In this document: positions 37,688-49,219 of the stretch, one piece after another | How positions within the stretch are numbered: the first letter of the stretch is position 1 | Layout of the letters: every line of letters starts with the position of its first letter | Source of the DNA: Squalus acanthias | Lineage: Eukaryota | Assembly: GCA_030390025.1 (NCBI GenBank) | Contig: CM059429.1 | Location: forward strand, 151,528,001 to 151,592,000 | Reading direction: 5' to 3' | Length of the DNA stretch: 64,000 nucleotides | The notes under the pieces: model-generated | Database searches by the model: none | The model's input: the letters and a program-made list of their open reading frames with translations, nothing else | Told to the model about the DNA's origin: nothing | Made by a program: the position numbers and the translations under genes

Positions 37688-37843
37688 CCTGCAAACCTGG
37701 GTTCTACAAAGCCTTTGCTGGAAATGTTAAATGTGCCAAGTGCCCTCCTCACAGCCATGCTCAAGAAGAAGGTTCTGTGCATTGCAACTGTGACAGGAAT
37801 TACTTCAGGGCTGTCAAAGATCCCGTCTCCATGGCTTGCACTA
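37688..37843 (+). CDS. EPHA3: Internal coding exon (exon 4 equivalent, Cys-rich/EGF-like region) of an EphA3-like ephrin type-A receptor
   Basis: Polypyrimidine tract with CAG acceptor (37685-87) and GTGAGT donor (37844). The 156-nt phase 1-1 exon translates (A)CKPGFYKAFAGNVKCAKCPPHSHAQEEGSVHCNCDRNYFRAVKDPVSMACT(R), the canonical EphA CxPGFYK..CxKCPPHS..CxC..YFRA..D..SMACT motif. The ORF track does not show this frame. Confidence 0.93.
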
Positions 37844-38186
37844 GTGAGTACTACTCTTTCTCTCTGGTTTTGTTTCTCTGTTACATTGTCTGTCCCAGCA
37901 CTTTCTGGCAGTGACCATACAGGAATAGCAATCAGATTTAGCGATACCCTAGCCTTATTGTGATATTGAAATCAATACTTGCATTGTGTTTCCTGGATGA
38001 GAGATGGTTTTTATAGCATTTTAATCATTAGCATTAGGAAGCTTATTACAGGGTTATGGATCTTTATAATCTATAAGTTAAGTTTCCACATGGTGATGGG
38101 GATTGTTGATTGTAGTGGACAGTAAAAGAAAGACTTCTAATTATATAGTGCTTTATCATGTCTCGCACATATCTCAAAGCACTTCA

Positions 38187-38620
38187 TAGAATCATAGACG
38201 TTTACAGCACGGAAAGAAGCCATTTATCCCATTGTGTTTGTACTGGCTGTTTGCTGGAGTAATCCAAAACTAATCCCACTGCTCTTCTCGCTCTCTCTCT
38301 CTATAACCCTGTATCTTCCTCTGTTTCAAATAGTTAACAAGTTTTCTCTTAAAAGATGCAATGGTCTCTGCCTCAGTCACTCCCTGTGACAAATTACTCC
38401 AACGCTCCAATGCTCCTAACCTCTCTCCATACTCTGTTAGTGACAATTTTAAATTGATGACCCCTTGTAACTGGCTCCACAGCCAGAGGAAATAGCTCCT
38501 CCCTGTGCACCCTGGCAAAACTCTCATGGTTCTAAGAAGCTCTGTTAAACAGCCTCAGCCATCTCTGCTCCAGTGGAAATAGACCAGTTTCTCAGGTTTC
38601 TCCTCTGATGAAGTTAACAT
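38187..38620 (-). mobile_element. CR1 LINE 3' fragment, degenerate
   Basis: CATAGAATCATAGA tail; ORF 38270-38527(-) has WSNLSQGVTEAETIASFKRKLVNYL, like the CR1 C-terminus. Confidence 0.75.
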
Positions 38621-38659
38621 CTTCCCATTCTGTTGGGCTTGGAGTTTGGAGTGTCACAA

Positions 38660-38900
38660 TCCAGTTCCCAGTGGATACAACCTGCCATTGAAAATGACTC
38701 GTGACACAATTCGGCACTAAATTGGAAAGCTTCAAGTTTGTAGAATGGCTGGTGTGAGAAGTTGAAATACTTGCACCAGTACAGTAAGGGGTTCTCTTCT
38801 GAGATTGGGGCAGTGTAAAGGGAGCTTTACTGTTGACGTGGGTGTACGCTACACCTGACCTTGGAAAGCATAGATGCTGACACTGAGTGACAAAAAATGA
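38660..38900 (+). mobile_element. Old SINE relic, LF-SINE-like
   Basis: CAGTTCCCAGTGGATA..GGCACTAAATTGG..GGGGCAGTGTAAAGGGAGCTTTACTG..GCTACACCTGACC; shares motifs with 950-1290. Confidence 0.4.
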
Positions 38901-41613
38901 AAAAGTGTTGCACTCCCCATCCCTCACCCTGATCAGCACCTGAATTCATTCCCAGCACCAACCCTCTCCATCAAGATAACCCGAATCTTGAAAACGGGAT
39001 CTGTACTATCCGTAATAAAATAAATAGGAGCACTGGAATTATGCTCTGCTGATGAAATTTGACTGCAGCTTCTGGCCATTATGTCCCCATTAAATGTGCA
39101 GATTTTTAATAGCAGGATACAAAGCCTGTAATGGAATTCTGTGAAGTCTGTTCTGCTAAATGGACAAGGGAAGTCTATAGGGCGCGTTACTTGTTGAAAT
39201 GACTCCCCATTTTATAGCAGTAAATAGGCTGAGCAGATTTTTTTGCAATTTTAGTACAAATGTTGTTCCTCACTGACATCATTGGCGGGGAGCGTTCTGG
39301 AGTGACTCTGACCTGCCCAAGAATCTCTCTGGTGTGCCCTACCCTGGGAAACCGACAGTACAGGCTGGGAAATCTACCATCTAAAGAAAGAAAAAATCTG
39401 GGAATGTGTTCCAAGGCAATAACACACCGATAAACCCATCAAACTTTCTTTATGAATTGGTTTGTATAACAAAAGGTCATGACCAAAGACAACTGTAACA
39501 TGACAGATGTCTCATAAATTGAACCCTGCTGGTTGCAATGGATTATGATGTAAATTGAATTCCTCAATGTGTTACTGTTTTGTAGCAGACTGTACATTTC
39601 ATTCTATCTGTTATCATGCATGTTACCCTAAACATAACACTTTAGTACCTAATACTTCACATCTTGTTATATTTAGCCAATGTCATATTTTACATCTCTC
39701 CTAAAAGCTCTTTATTGCTTGCCCTGCGGTCGCAATGGGTGTTTCATCTATTAGCACAACAAGTGCTGTGATTAGCTCTTTTTGAATGTGGCCCTTCAGT
39801 GCAATACATCATCAGGGCCAACAGGGCCTGGCAGTAATGGAGGCGGGGTTCAGATGCAATAAACGGCTCTGTGATTGTAAGCAACATTATGAAAGTGAAA
39901 GAATTCACAGACTAGTGGGTCAAGTGATTTGGGGCAGCACAACATCCCATGACAAACCGTGTGAATTTCTGCACTAACCACATGTATGGCAATTTTATAT
40001 AAAATGTCTCAGAAGCAGTGAAAATGTGATTTCGAAGTGGATCTGAACAATAACAAATACATTTGTCCTACTGGTGATTGTTGAAACTTGCATTAGTACG
40101 TAGGTTGGAGTGAATTCTCCATCCTGACATTATTAGGAGTTCAGTAACAGGCTATCAGACAATCCTTTCTTCGATCTCGAATGTTTCTGATTTCGTTATC
40201 TAATGAATAGTTAGGTGAGGCGGGTGGTGGGATTGAGCACTAACGTCGAGTGTCACAGAGCAAGGACTGATGCCGGTTTGAATCATGCGACACTCCCGTT
40301 TCCAAGCTGAACTGCATTGGGAGCTGAGGTCGCAGGGAAAGAACATTGGAGGAGAGAGTCATAGCGAGGGAGTTCTCGACAACCCCTGACAAGTCAGCTA
40401 TAGGGGAGTATTGACAGTGTTTTGAGTGCTGACAATGCACCCACCCTGCAGGCAGCAAGCTGTGGAGTTGAAGAAAGGAGTTAAAAAATACAAAAAGATG
40501 AAACTTACTCAATGGCTTTGATAAAAGTGAAAAAAAGAGTTAGGTGGAATTTTCCACCATGTTCATATAGTCGGTTGGGGGCATTATTTTTTCGTTTAAT
40601 AATCTTATTTTTCTGATTTTATATTATGATAAGATATGTCTGAAATCATCATATGTGCTATTTGTATGGAAGATTTAAGGCATTCACATCGACTTTCTCT
40701 ATCTATTATTTACTGAGGTGTTAACCCATTTCAGGCTTTTTTTAAATAGCAGGCCGAGGAATTTCATACAAATACGTTGACACATCAGTTTCTAATATCA
40801 CACAGCATAGTTTCAACTACTAAGATATAATTACCATCAAAGGGAAAATCGGAAACACTCTGTGGAGTGCTTCAGGTAAACTCTTAAGCATAGGAAATGC
40901 AAGGCGAATCACGCTGGCTACTTGTTAGGCTGATTGAATTCACCAGTCCCAAACTGCATGTAGACAAAGTATAAAATCTCTTTAAGTGTGGCAGTGTGGA
41001 GCCAGCAGCGTGATATGACTTAGTGGAACTGAGGGACAGGAAAAAATGTGGCAGCTTTGTACCCATGCTTCGAGGGGAACTGATCCCAGACCTGACTTGT
41101 CACACATCAAAGTAAACTAAGCCCAAAGGCGTTATCGGATAACGGTTTATTATCTCGCCTTGCAAATATAATAGAAATAAGAAGTATTAGTTGAAAAAAA
41201 ATTCAATAAAGTATCTGCGTACTTCATAATTCTGTGGGTTAATCATTGATCTATTGGGCTTCTGATACTTAACAACTCATTGGAGAAGGATTAATAGTTC
41301 ATTTTACTTTAAAATGAAGTGCGACTATGAATCCCTTTCGCGTGTCGTATTTTCTTCTGTTAATAAAGTCAGACATCAGTTACATTTTTTCAGCAAGGGC
41401 TGAGGGCTCAAAGGATTAAGCTGAAATTATGATAAGCCAAATTTAATTAAAATGTTATTGCACTCTGAAAAGTCATGTGGTCGTACTGGTTCCACCCCCC
41501 CACCCCAGCTTAAAACTAAATGGGTTTGTTGTAAAACAATAAGTTGTGATGGCTGAGCGGCAGTAACATTTCTCCTGCCTTTTTTTTTTCTTGCTTGCTC
41601 CCTTTGGTCGCAG

Positions 41614-41949
41614 GGCCTCCTTCCATCCCGAGGAACGTGTTTTCCAATATCAATGAGACGTCGGTCATTTTGGACTGGAGCTGGCCGACCGACGCGGGAG
41701 GCCGCAAGGACGTCACCTTCAGCGTCGTCTGTAAGAAGTGCGCCGGCGGGCCGAGGCAGTGCGAGCCGTGCCTGAGCAATGTTCACTTCGTGCCTCGGCA
41801 GACAGGTCTGGCCAACACCACGGTGACGGTGGTCGACCTGCTGGCGCACACCAACTACACCTTTGAGATTGAGGCCTTGAACGGGGTGTCCGGATTGAGC
41901 TCGGTGCCGCGGCAGTTTGCTGCGGTCTCCATCACCACCAATCAGGCGG
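41614..41949 (+). CDS. EPHA3: Internal coding exon (exon 5 equivalent, first fibronectin type III domain) of an EphA3-like receptor
   Basis: Long pyrimidine tract with CAG acceptor (41611-13) and GTAAGT donor (41950). The 336-nt phase 1-1 exon encodes (R)PPSIPRNVFSNINETSVILDWSWPTDAGGRKDVTF..CKKC..CEPC..DLLAHTNYTFEIEALNGVS..PRQFAAVSITTNQA. SVILDWSWP, GRKDVTF and QFAAVSITTNQA match EphA3 as I recall it. It splices in frame with the upstream exon (A|GG = Arg). Confidence 0.95.
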
Positions 41950-42019
41950 GTAAGTCATTGGGTTTGCTCCTTATTTGATGGGACAAAAAGAATCAAAAGG
42001 ACAAGATGATGAAGGGCAT

Positions 42020-42317
42020 TTGATCGAGTAAGTAAGGAGAAACTGTTTCCACTGGCAAGTGAAGATAATTGGCAAAAGGACAAGGGGGGAGATGAAGAGA
42101 ACTTTCTTTACGCAGCACGTTGTTATGATCTTAAATGCACAGCTTGAAAGGGTGGTGAAAGCAGATTCAACAGTAACTTTCAAAAGGGAATTGGATATTT
42201 ACTTAAAAAGGCTATGGGGAAAGATCGGGGGAGTGAGCCTAATTGGTAGCTCTTTCAGAGAGCCAGCACAGACACGATGGGCAGAATGGCCTCCTTCTGT
42301 AATGTTTGATTCTATGA
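42020..42317 (+). mobile_element. CR1 LINE 3' fragment
   Basis: ORF 42059 reads KIIGKRTRGEMKRTFFTQHVV..VVKADSTVTFKRELDIYL; tail GAATGGCCTCCTTCTGT..GATTCTATGA. Confidence 0.85.
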
Positions 42318-43409
42318 ACCTTTTCTTTCGGTCTGTAGATTTTGGCTGATTTTACAAATATTTTGTTTTAAACAGTGTGTGCTGAGGACGTTATTGGGCA
42401 CTGACTCAGAAAGGCTTCTGAACCCAATGGATGTGAGGAAATTTTATGATGCCCTAATTATCTTGCACTTTTAGGGCCAGGGCCAACCCCACAATATCAA
42501 TTATGGCCATGCCATCCTACAAAATGCAATGTAATTCTGTTACTACTGACCCAGCCTCAGTGAGATCGTCTCCATGAAGCATAGGGAGGTGTGCGAGGTG
42601 AACGCAATTGTGTATACATTTATTTTTCAGACAAATCAATTGGAGGGATTGGATTGTTTTTATTCTTAGCCTGATGATGCCCGTTTGTTTCTTAAAACTG
42701 ATCGAAAAGAAAGAATGTAGGACGTACAACGAGGTTGCTATATGCATTCAAGTTACAGGGTCACTATGATTTGGAGGGTGAAAGGATGACACCAGACAGC
42801 TGTTGTGTGCGCATTCATCGAATTACTGGCTTGTCTTCACAATTAACCCTGTGACTTGTGCTACCATTCCGTTTCCTTCTGATTGAACAGAGCTGCCTGA
42901 CTCCTGCTGTACACTGCATTTTATAGGATGGCATGAGTGTGTTTGAGTGAAAATATGCAGAGCTACATCGTTCCTACCCTTCGTAGTGGTGTGACTTGGG
43001 GCAATGCAACTCAGCCCTCTCTGCTAGACTAATACTGTGTTGGTAACGCAAGTATAATGAGGATATTAAGGCAGTCGCTCCTGAATCGTCCACTGGTTTC
43101 TGACTGTATTTGTATTGACGTTAATTCCAGTCTGTAACAGTTAGCCTCAGTAACATATTGAAGTCAGCACTCCAGTTATATCATTAGCATTCATTGAATT
43201 CAAAAATAGATAGAGATGGGACAAAACACATCAAAAGGATCTTCACATTAATCATGAGTTGCTGCCTCACAGTGGCTTAGTGATATTTACTCTGGTTTCC
43301 CGCTTTAAAAGAAAGAAACAATAAATAATGAAATGCAAAAGAGTGTCAGAAACAGAACACTCACCAACTTCACTGAAGGATACTTTCTAATTACTTTATT
43401 TTTTGGCAT

Positions 43410-43770
43410 CTTTTCCCAATCATTTCTCCTGCAGATGCTGATCCATGTTGGGTAGTGAGTACCGGCAACTCTCCAACACCTCATTCAAGTGGCCATTCTT
43501 CTGCTGTAAGCCTAGTCTCTGAGCTGTGATGCCACTTCAAACATGAGCAGTTATCACAGCAGGAGTTACTGGACAGTGATCACAAGTGGGAACGCTGGCT
43601 AATTTCTTCCCTCTTCTCCCAGGAGCAGCGAGACTAATTGTAGCACTCCCAACTGTTGCCTCGGCCGAGATCAGCTGAAATCATAGGCAGGGGATCAAAC
43701 TTGCAATCCCCCTTGTCTGTATGGCTCAGCACCATAATTGGACGGCTCACTTATCCACTAAGCAACTGCG
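43410..43770 (-). mobile_element. Old tRNA-derived SINE relic (AmnSINE2-like)
   Basis: CAAGTGGCCATTCTT, GGACAGTGATCACAAGTGGGAACGCTGGCT, AATTGTAGCAC, GCCGAGATCAGCT and GTCTGTATGGCTCAGCACC are the reverse complement of the family motifs. Confidence 0.55.
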
Positions 43771-45759
43771 GCGCGCAAAAGATGTTTCGGCATCCACTCA
43801 TGTCGTCACTTGTAACACTGGGGTTTTCAGTTATTAAAGTCAGCTTCACTTATGGAATAAGAGCAAAAAAATATTTTCACAGGGATCTATCAAGTAATCT
43901 CTGTTTATTGAACAAGTATAAGATAATACAATAGAAAGCGTAAATCATGTATCAATTTAACATAAATATAGGTTTGCACAAATGAAAAGAACAGATGAGT
44001 TTATTGTTTTTAATTATTTAACGTGCTTGTGCTAAAAGACTGATATAAAAGCAGCAAATGTTTAACTTGGATAGGTCTCCTCCAGTGTTGGCCGGAAGCC
44101 CCTGATCAGTATCTTTCTTGATGGAAGAATGTAGGGAATTTAAATGCACTGTATCCTGTGCCTTTATATTTGCAGGATTCAAATATAGCTAGCAGTGTTT
44201 GTGGTCAGTACAATAACTCCTACAAAATGCATTGACACACATAGTCTAAAATGATGCATAATATATACCAAGCAGTACACAAAGTGAATAATGGGTTACT
44301 GGGAGTGCTTACAAGCCAGGGACTGAATGAATGGGGGTGATCGATATGTCACAGCCATCCTGTCTGTGCTCAGAAATGAAGGAAGCTATCTTCAGCAAGA
44401 ATTAAGGGTTCCTCCGTTTCAGTCAGAGAAAGCTGAATGAAGGTGAAGGAGATATTTTTAAGGAAGTCGCTTGTGTGTTTGAGCTTTATGGTTTCCAGAT
44501 TTAATGTATTTGCTGCTGAGGGTCCTGCACACGAGATGCCTGCTGCTCTAAAGTGCTGCATGTTTCCATTCCTGACGCTCATTCCCCTCGCCTTTAAGGT
44601 GCCGCTGCAGCCCCTTTGCATTTGGCTGTCCCCCCTCCAGATGATCGAGCGATCGGGGAGAGTGTTTTACATTGGCAGCTCACCAACAACATTATAATGA
44701 GGACCCAGCACCAAATTGGATCGGGTCCCATGCTGATTCGTACGGGTGGCCACCGACCGGGTACACCCTGCCTGGTGCCCGTCTGAATTCGCTCAAATCC
44801 AAATTGCCCCCAATGGGTTCAGATGGATCCATAAATCGCGAGAGCGCAACATGAATGATTTATAACCATTTACCTAAATCTTGAGATTCAGTTACTGTGA
44901 AATCTCCTCAGAGCAAGATATAGGATGGTTTTATTCCGACTTTGTTTAGTTTTCACGCCAGTACTGGTTATCAGCATGGGCTCCGACTGTCTCCATGCTC
45001 CATGGCTGCTGATGCACAATGACACCAAAAGGTTGACAATTGTGACATTGTTTATGCAAGTTTATCAAGATAATTTGCAGCCAATAACTGGTAAATTCTG
45101 CAGCTAGCTTATGTTATACGGAGAACGCAAACTATAGAGTGATTTCAAGGTCCGTTTTATCAAGAGATTTCCCATGAGAGCTCACGAATTCCCAGCGTGA
45201 GGCCCCTTTGCCTGATTGTTGCGGCCATGGTCTGCTTTCAGGCATAGGTTTACATCTCGGTCAAGGTAACAGTATATGATTGGGAAACTTCGAATTAAGT
45301 GTTAACTAAAATCAAACTGTCCATAATGGAATTTTATACTATTGGTGGAATTAGCAATGCTGAGGTCCCCCGAATTAATATTTCACTCGTGTTAAAACTA
45401 GAAATGATCATTTGAACAAATAAATTAACATTTATTCAATGACATTCCCTTCTTGTTACTGAAGTAGTTGTCGAGTGTCTGATTTTGATTGAAGGACATG
45501 CAATGCAGGGAGGGCTGGAAAAAGGGACAAATGTTTTATATAAAGGTTGTCACTTTTCACCAAGTCCAAAGCCCAAACAGCAGAGTACAGAGTGGGATCT
45601 TGGGCTGTGTTCAGATGATTACTTTGTTGATGATGAAAATTCATTGAGATCCTGATTAGCCTGAATAACAAACGCCTCGAGATCAAGTAAGTGAAGAGAA
45701 AAATCAGACTTCTACTCGAGCAATAGACTTTTGGGAGGAAGATTTGAAAGAAGGATATA

Positions 45760-46137
45760 ACTTGCAGCAGTAAAGTGCCTTTCACAACCTCAATTTGTCT
45801 CAAAGCATTTCACAGCCAATGAAGTACTTTTGAAGTATAGTCACTGTTGTTATGCAGGCAAACACACATAGTAAGTTCCCACTGACAACAATAAGATAAA
45901 TGGCCAGATAAAGTCTTCTAGTGATGTTAGTTGAGGCCTCAGTGTTGACCAGAACATCGAGAGAACTCCCCTGCTCTTCTTCAAATAGTGCCATGAGATC
46001 TTTTACGTCCAGCTGAAAAGGCAGGTGGGGCCTCAGTTTAACGTCTCATCTGAAAGACAGCACCTCTGACAGTGCGGCACTCCCTCAGTACTGCACTTAA
46101 GTGTCAACCTAGATTATGTGCTAAAGTCCTGGTGGGA
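45760..46137 (-). mobile_element. Deu-domain SINE, degenerate
   Basis: CAGCCAATGAAGTACTTTTGAAG..CTGCTCTTCTTCAAATAGTGCCATG..TTTAACGTCTCATC..CACTCCCTCAGTACTGCAC. Confidence 0.85.
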
Positions 46138-46274
46138 GGCTCTATGATCTGTGTGCAGTAGGTGTAGCGAAACTGTAAATGTGTTTATAAAGAACAGGTT
46201 CACAATTATATGACAGTCAGAGAGATCCTGACTATGTGGGACAATGACTGGAAGGTGCAACCATCATATAAACA

Positions 46275-47235
46275 TGATGTGGAGATGCCGGCGTTGGACT
46301 GGGGTGGACAAAAATCAGAAGTCGCACAACACCAGGTTATAGTCCAACAGATTTATTTAATTTTACAAGCTTTCGGAGCTGTTCGCTCCTTCTTCAGGTA
46401 AGGTAGCTGTGAGAGAATCTCCCAGAATTCACAATATAAACACAGAAAAAATCTATTCAAATCTTTCCCTACATCAAAGACACACTAAGAGCACAGCCAA
46501 GACAATGAGATGTGTCCCAGGGGGTCCAATGTGTCAAAACACCTGCTGGCTGCATATCCTCTCCATTTGTTGTGTTAGTCTTTTTAAAACAAAACCTGGA
46601 AAGACCGGCCATGATGTCAAGCCACGTTCTGTATCGTGACATGAACCCGATATCGCGATTGAGGCCATCCTCATGAGTGCGGAACTTGGCTATCAGTTTC
46701 TGCTCTATGATTTTGCGCTGTCGTGTATCCCGAAGGCCGCCTTGGAGAACGCTTACCCGCAGATCCGAGGCTGAATGCCCCTGACTGCTGAAGTGTTCCC
46801 CGACTGGGAGGCAACCCTCCTGCCTGGCGATTGTTGCGCGGTGTCCGTTCATACGTTGTCTCAGTGTCTGCATGGTCTCGCCGATGTACCATGCTCTGGA
46901 GCATCCTTTACTGCAACGTATCAGGTAGACAACGTTGGCCGAGTCACATGAGTATGTACCATGTACCTGGTGGGTAGTGTCCTCACGTGTGATGATGGTA
47001 TCTGTGTCCATGATTTTGGCATGTCTTGCAGAGGTTGCCGTGGCAGGGTTGTGTGGTGTCGTGGTCGCTGTTCTCCTGAAAGCTGGGTAATCTGCTGCGA
47101 ACGATGGTACTTTTGAGGTTAGGCGGCTGCTTGAAGGCGAGTAGTGGAGGCGTGGGGATGGCCTTAGCAAGGTGTTCGTCGTCATCGATGACATGTTGAA
47201 GGCTGCGAAGAACATGGCGTAGTTTTTCCGCTACG
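46275..47235 (-). mobile_element. Penelope-like retroelement, 5'-truncated, with GIY-YIG endonuclease and 3' terminal repeat
   Basis: Minus strand encodes LLAFKQPPNLKSTIVRSRL..PCHGNLCKTCQ, then after a frameshift SCDSANVVYLIRCSKGCSRAWYIGETMQTLRQRMNGHR..VGEHFS..EQKLIAKFRTHEDGLNRD (GIY-YIG domain). Flanked by TSD TATAAACA (46267-74, 47236-43). Confidence 0.92.
46362..46400 (-). ncRNA. Hammerhead ribozyme core (minimal, Penelope-associated)
   Basis: Minus strand reads CTGAAGA-A-GGAGC-GAACA-GCTCC-GAAA-GCTT: a CUGANGA box, a 5-bp stem II and a GAAA box, then the palindrome AAGCTT. Confidence 0.7.
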
Positions 47236-48710
47236 TATAAACAAGCAGCATGGGAAAATTAGAAAATACTAAAATAAAATGTCGAACTAAAACTCAAAAT
47301 ACCTTTAGGGCATGGTTAATTAGCGATAATAGGCATACAGTGGTACAGTAGGGTATAATTGGGGAGAGGCATGTTGATTGATAGGTGAGATGATAGATCT
47401 CCTCTTCAATCAGGCTTAATATCTTCAGTTACCAGCTGCTGCATTCCCAGTTGTCCATTATTGTTTCGATGATTGGCAGCAGAACAGGGTGCTCCACAGT
47501 TGATTTATAGAAGTGTTTAAAGAGGCAGAGGTCCAATTAGTTCCCACCCAGATATTGTGTTGAGGATTTGGCACAAGGGTAGCAATGGATTATGAGTTAA
47601 AAAATTCACAGGTCAGCACTAAACCTCTTAAAGAATGACCAGTTCCAGAGGAAATAATGGCATCAGTACTGACTGTTTTAGTATACTTAATATGAAATGT
47701 TTCCGTCCCAGACATTTTGATAGGAGTAAACTTATATTTTAATAGCACCAATCTATATGAAAGAGTACTGAAAAGAAAATTGTTGGATGGTCACCATGAG
47801 ATTAATAACGAATTATATATCCTGTCAGGAGAAAAGCGTAATATTCTGCCATCATGTGCCCTTAGAATATGTGGTACAGACACTTGTATTTGTGATTTTT
47901 GTGAGTTATGGTTTTGCAAACTCTTAAAACAGCTGCTATACACTGCCAGGTATCCTGCCTGCATCCTGCTGCCCTCTAACATACAGTTGAGATAAAACCA
48001 AAGGGTGAAATTCCTCCTGTTGACAATTTTACTGAAAAAGTTGATGTAAATTTAAGACTGAATTTTTTGTTTTGTATTCGCACCAACATTTTTGCGGGAT
48101 TCAAACTGCCTCCATAAGCTTATATTTAGCAGATAAAATAACACTGTACTTAACACTTCTCAGAATTCAGATGAAATTTTGCTCAGACCCTCATGCTTTA
48201 TAAGACCATTTGAACCCCTCGGTGTGTTGCTGCCTTGTAAAACACACCTGCTTGTGGGTTATCTTATAGGGATGTATTCATGTTCAGTCTGACAATTTTT
48301 AATACCCAATTCTTTTTAATGTCCAGTGTGGGATTGTTACTGTTATAATGTTCTGAATTAAGTTTACTTTGCATTGTAGCTTAACAATCGGTTCCAACCA
48401 AAGACAAATTTTCTGAAGGCAAATATCGAATGACATTGATTCTGGTGACTACGGGAAAATTTGTGCTGAGATGCTAACAGAAAAGCCCAGAGTATATGGT
48501 TGGTCTCATGCACATCGCAGCAACCTTGGTCAGATTGGTATTGCTGCTTCTTGGTTCCGGCTGGCCTTTCGTAGCAGTATATGACGCTCTTGCACAGAAT
48601 GTCTGAGAGTTTAATAATGAATACTCGGTGCATGCAAAAGTCCGACCCAGCATTAATTCTGCCCATTCAAAGTGAACATTTAAGGCAAGGTGAGCTCATA
48701 AGGGAAACAT

Positions 48711-49000
48711 AGGGGGTGAAATTGGACTTGGGCGTGAACGCAAAACAGTCTGAATCGCGTTTGCCGCGCGTTATACATGACACCCAATGTTCAGTTCTAT
48801 TAAAGTCAATAATGATGGAATTGGGCCCAAGAAGTAGCGACACCAATTTGACCAAGGTTGCTGTGATGTGCATGAGACCGAAAATAATGGTGGAATTTTC
48901 TTTGAAAGTTCCACCAAACCCAGTTTTGAATGCTTTAAGTGATAGAAACGAAATAAGGCATACCAGCAAGATCAACTCGCACCAGAGCCAGACTGCCTGC
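48711..49000. mobile_element. Harbinger-type MITE fragment (left end)
   Basis: Starts TAGGGGGTGAAATTGG, followed by GGGCGTGAACGC..CGCGTTTGCCGCGC; the same terminal motif as other GC-rich MITEs here. Confidence 0.4.
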
Positions 49001-49219
49001 ACCTGCCATTATGCCATCAAGCATATTTACAGGTCCTGGCACACACTTACTTGGCAATGACAGGGAACCCGAACTCCAAAGGCTCCAAGTTAGCGCAGAG
49101 GTAATTGCAGAGCTGTGCGATCAACTATAAGGACATTTATAGAGCACCTCCGCCACATGGACTTCTTCCCTCCACTACGATTGCTCCACCTCTTTCCAGG
49201 CCTGTATAGGAATCTACGG

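Larger units (their letters stand above)
37844..41613 (+). other. GT-AG intron (3770 nt) between the two EphA3-like exons
   Basis: Begins GTGAGT and ends with TTTTTTTTTTCTTGCTTGCTCCCTTTGGTCGCAG; joins the exons in frame. Confidence 0.9.

Noticed and set aside
37607-37963. 118-aa ORF in the track
   Set aside because: It overlaps the true exon in the wrong frame. The Eph peptide is in another frame bounded by splice sites.
46469-47215. 248-aa ORF as an intact host gene
   Set aside because: Its N-terminus is an out-of-frame reading of a frameshifted, 5'-truncated Penelope ORF. Only the GIY-YIG part is in frame, and the RT domain is absent.
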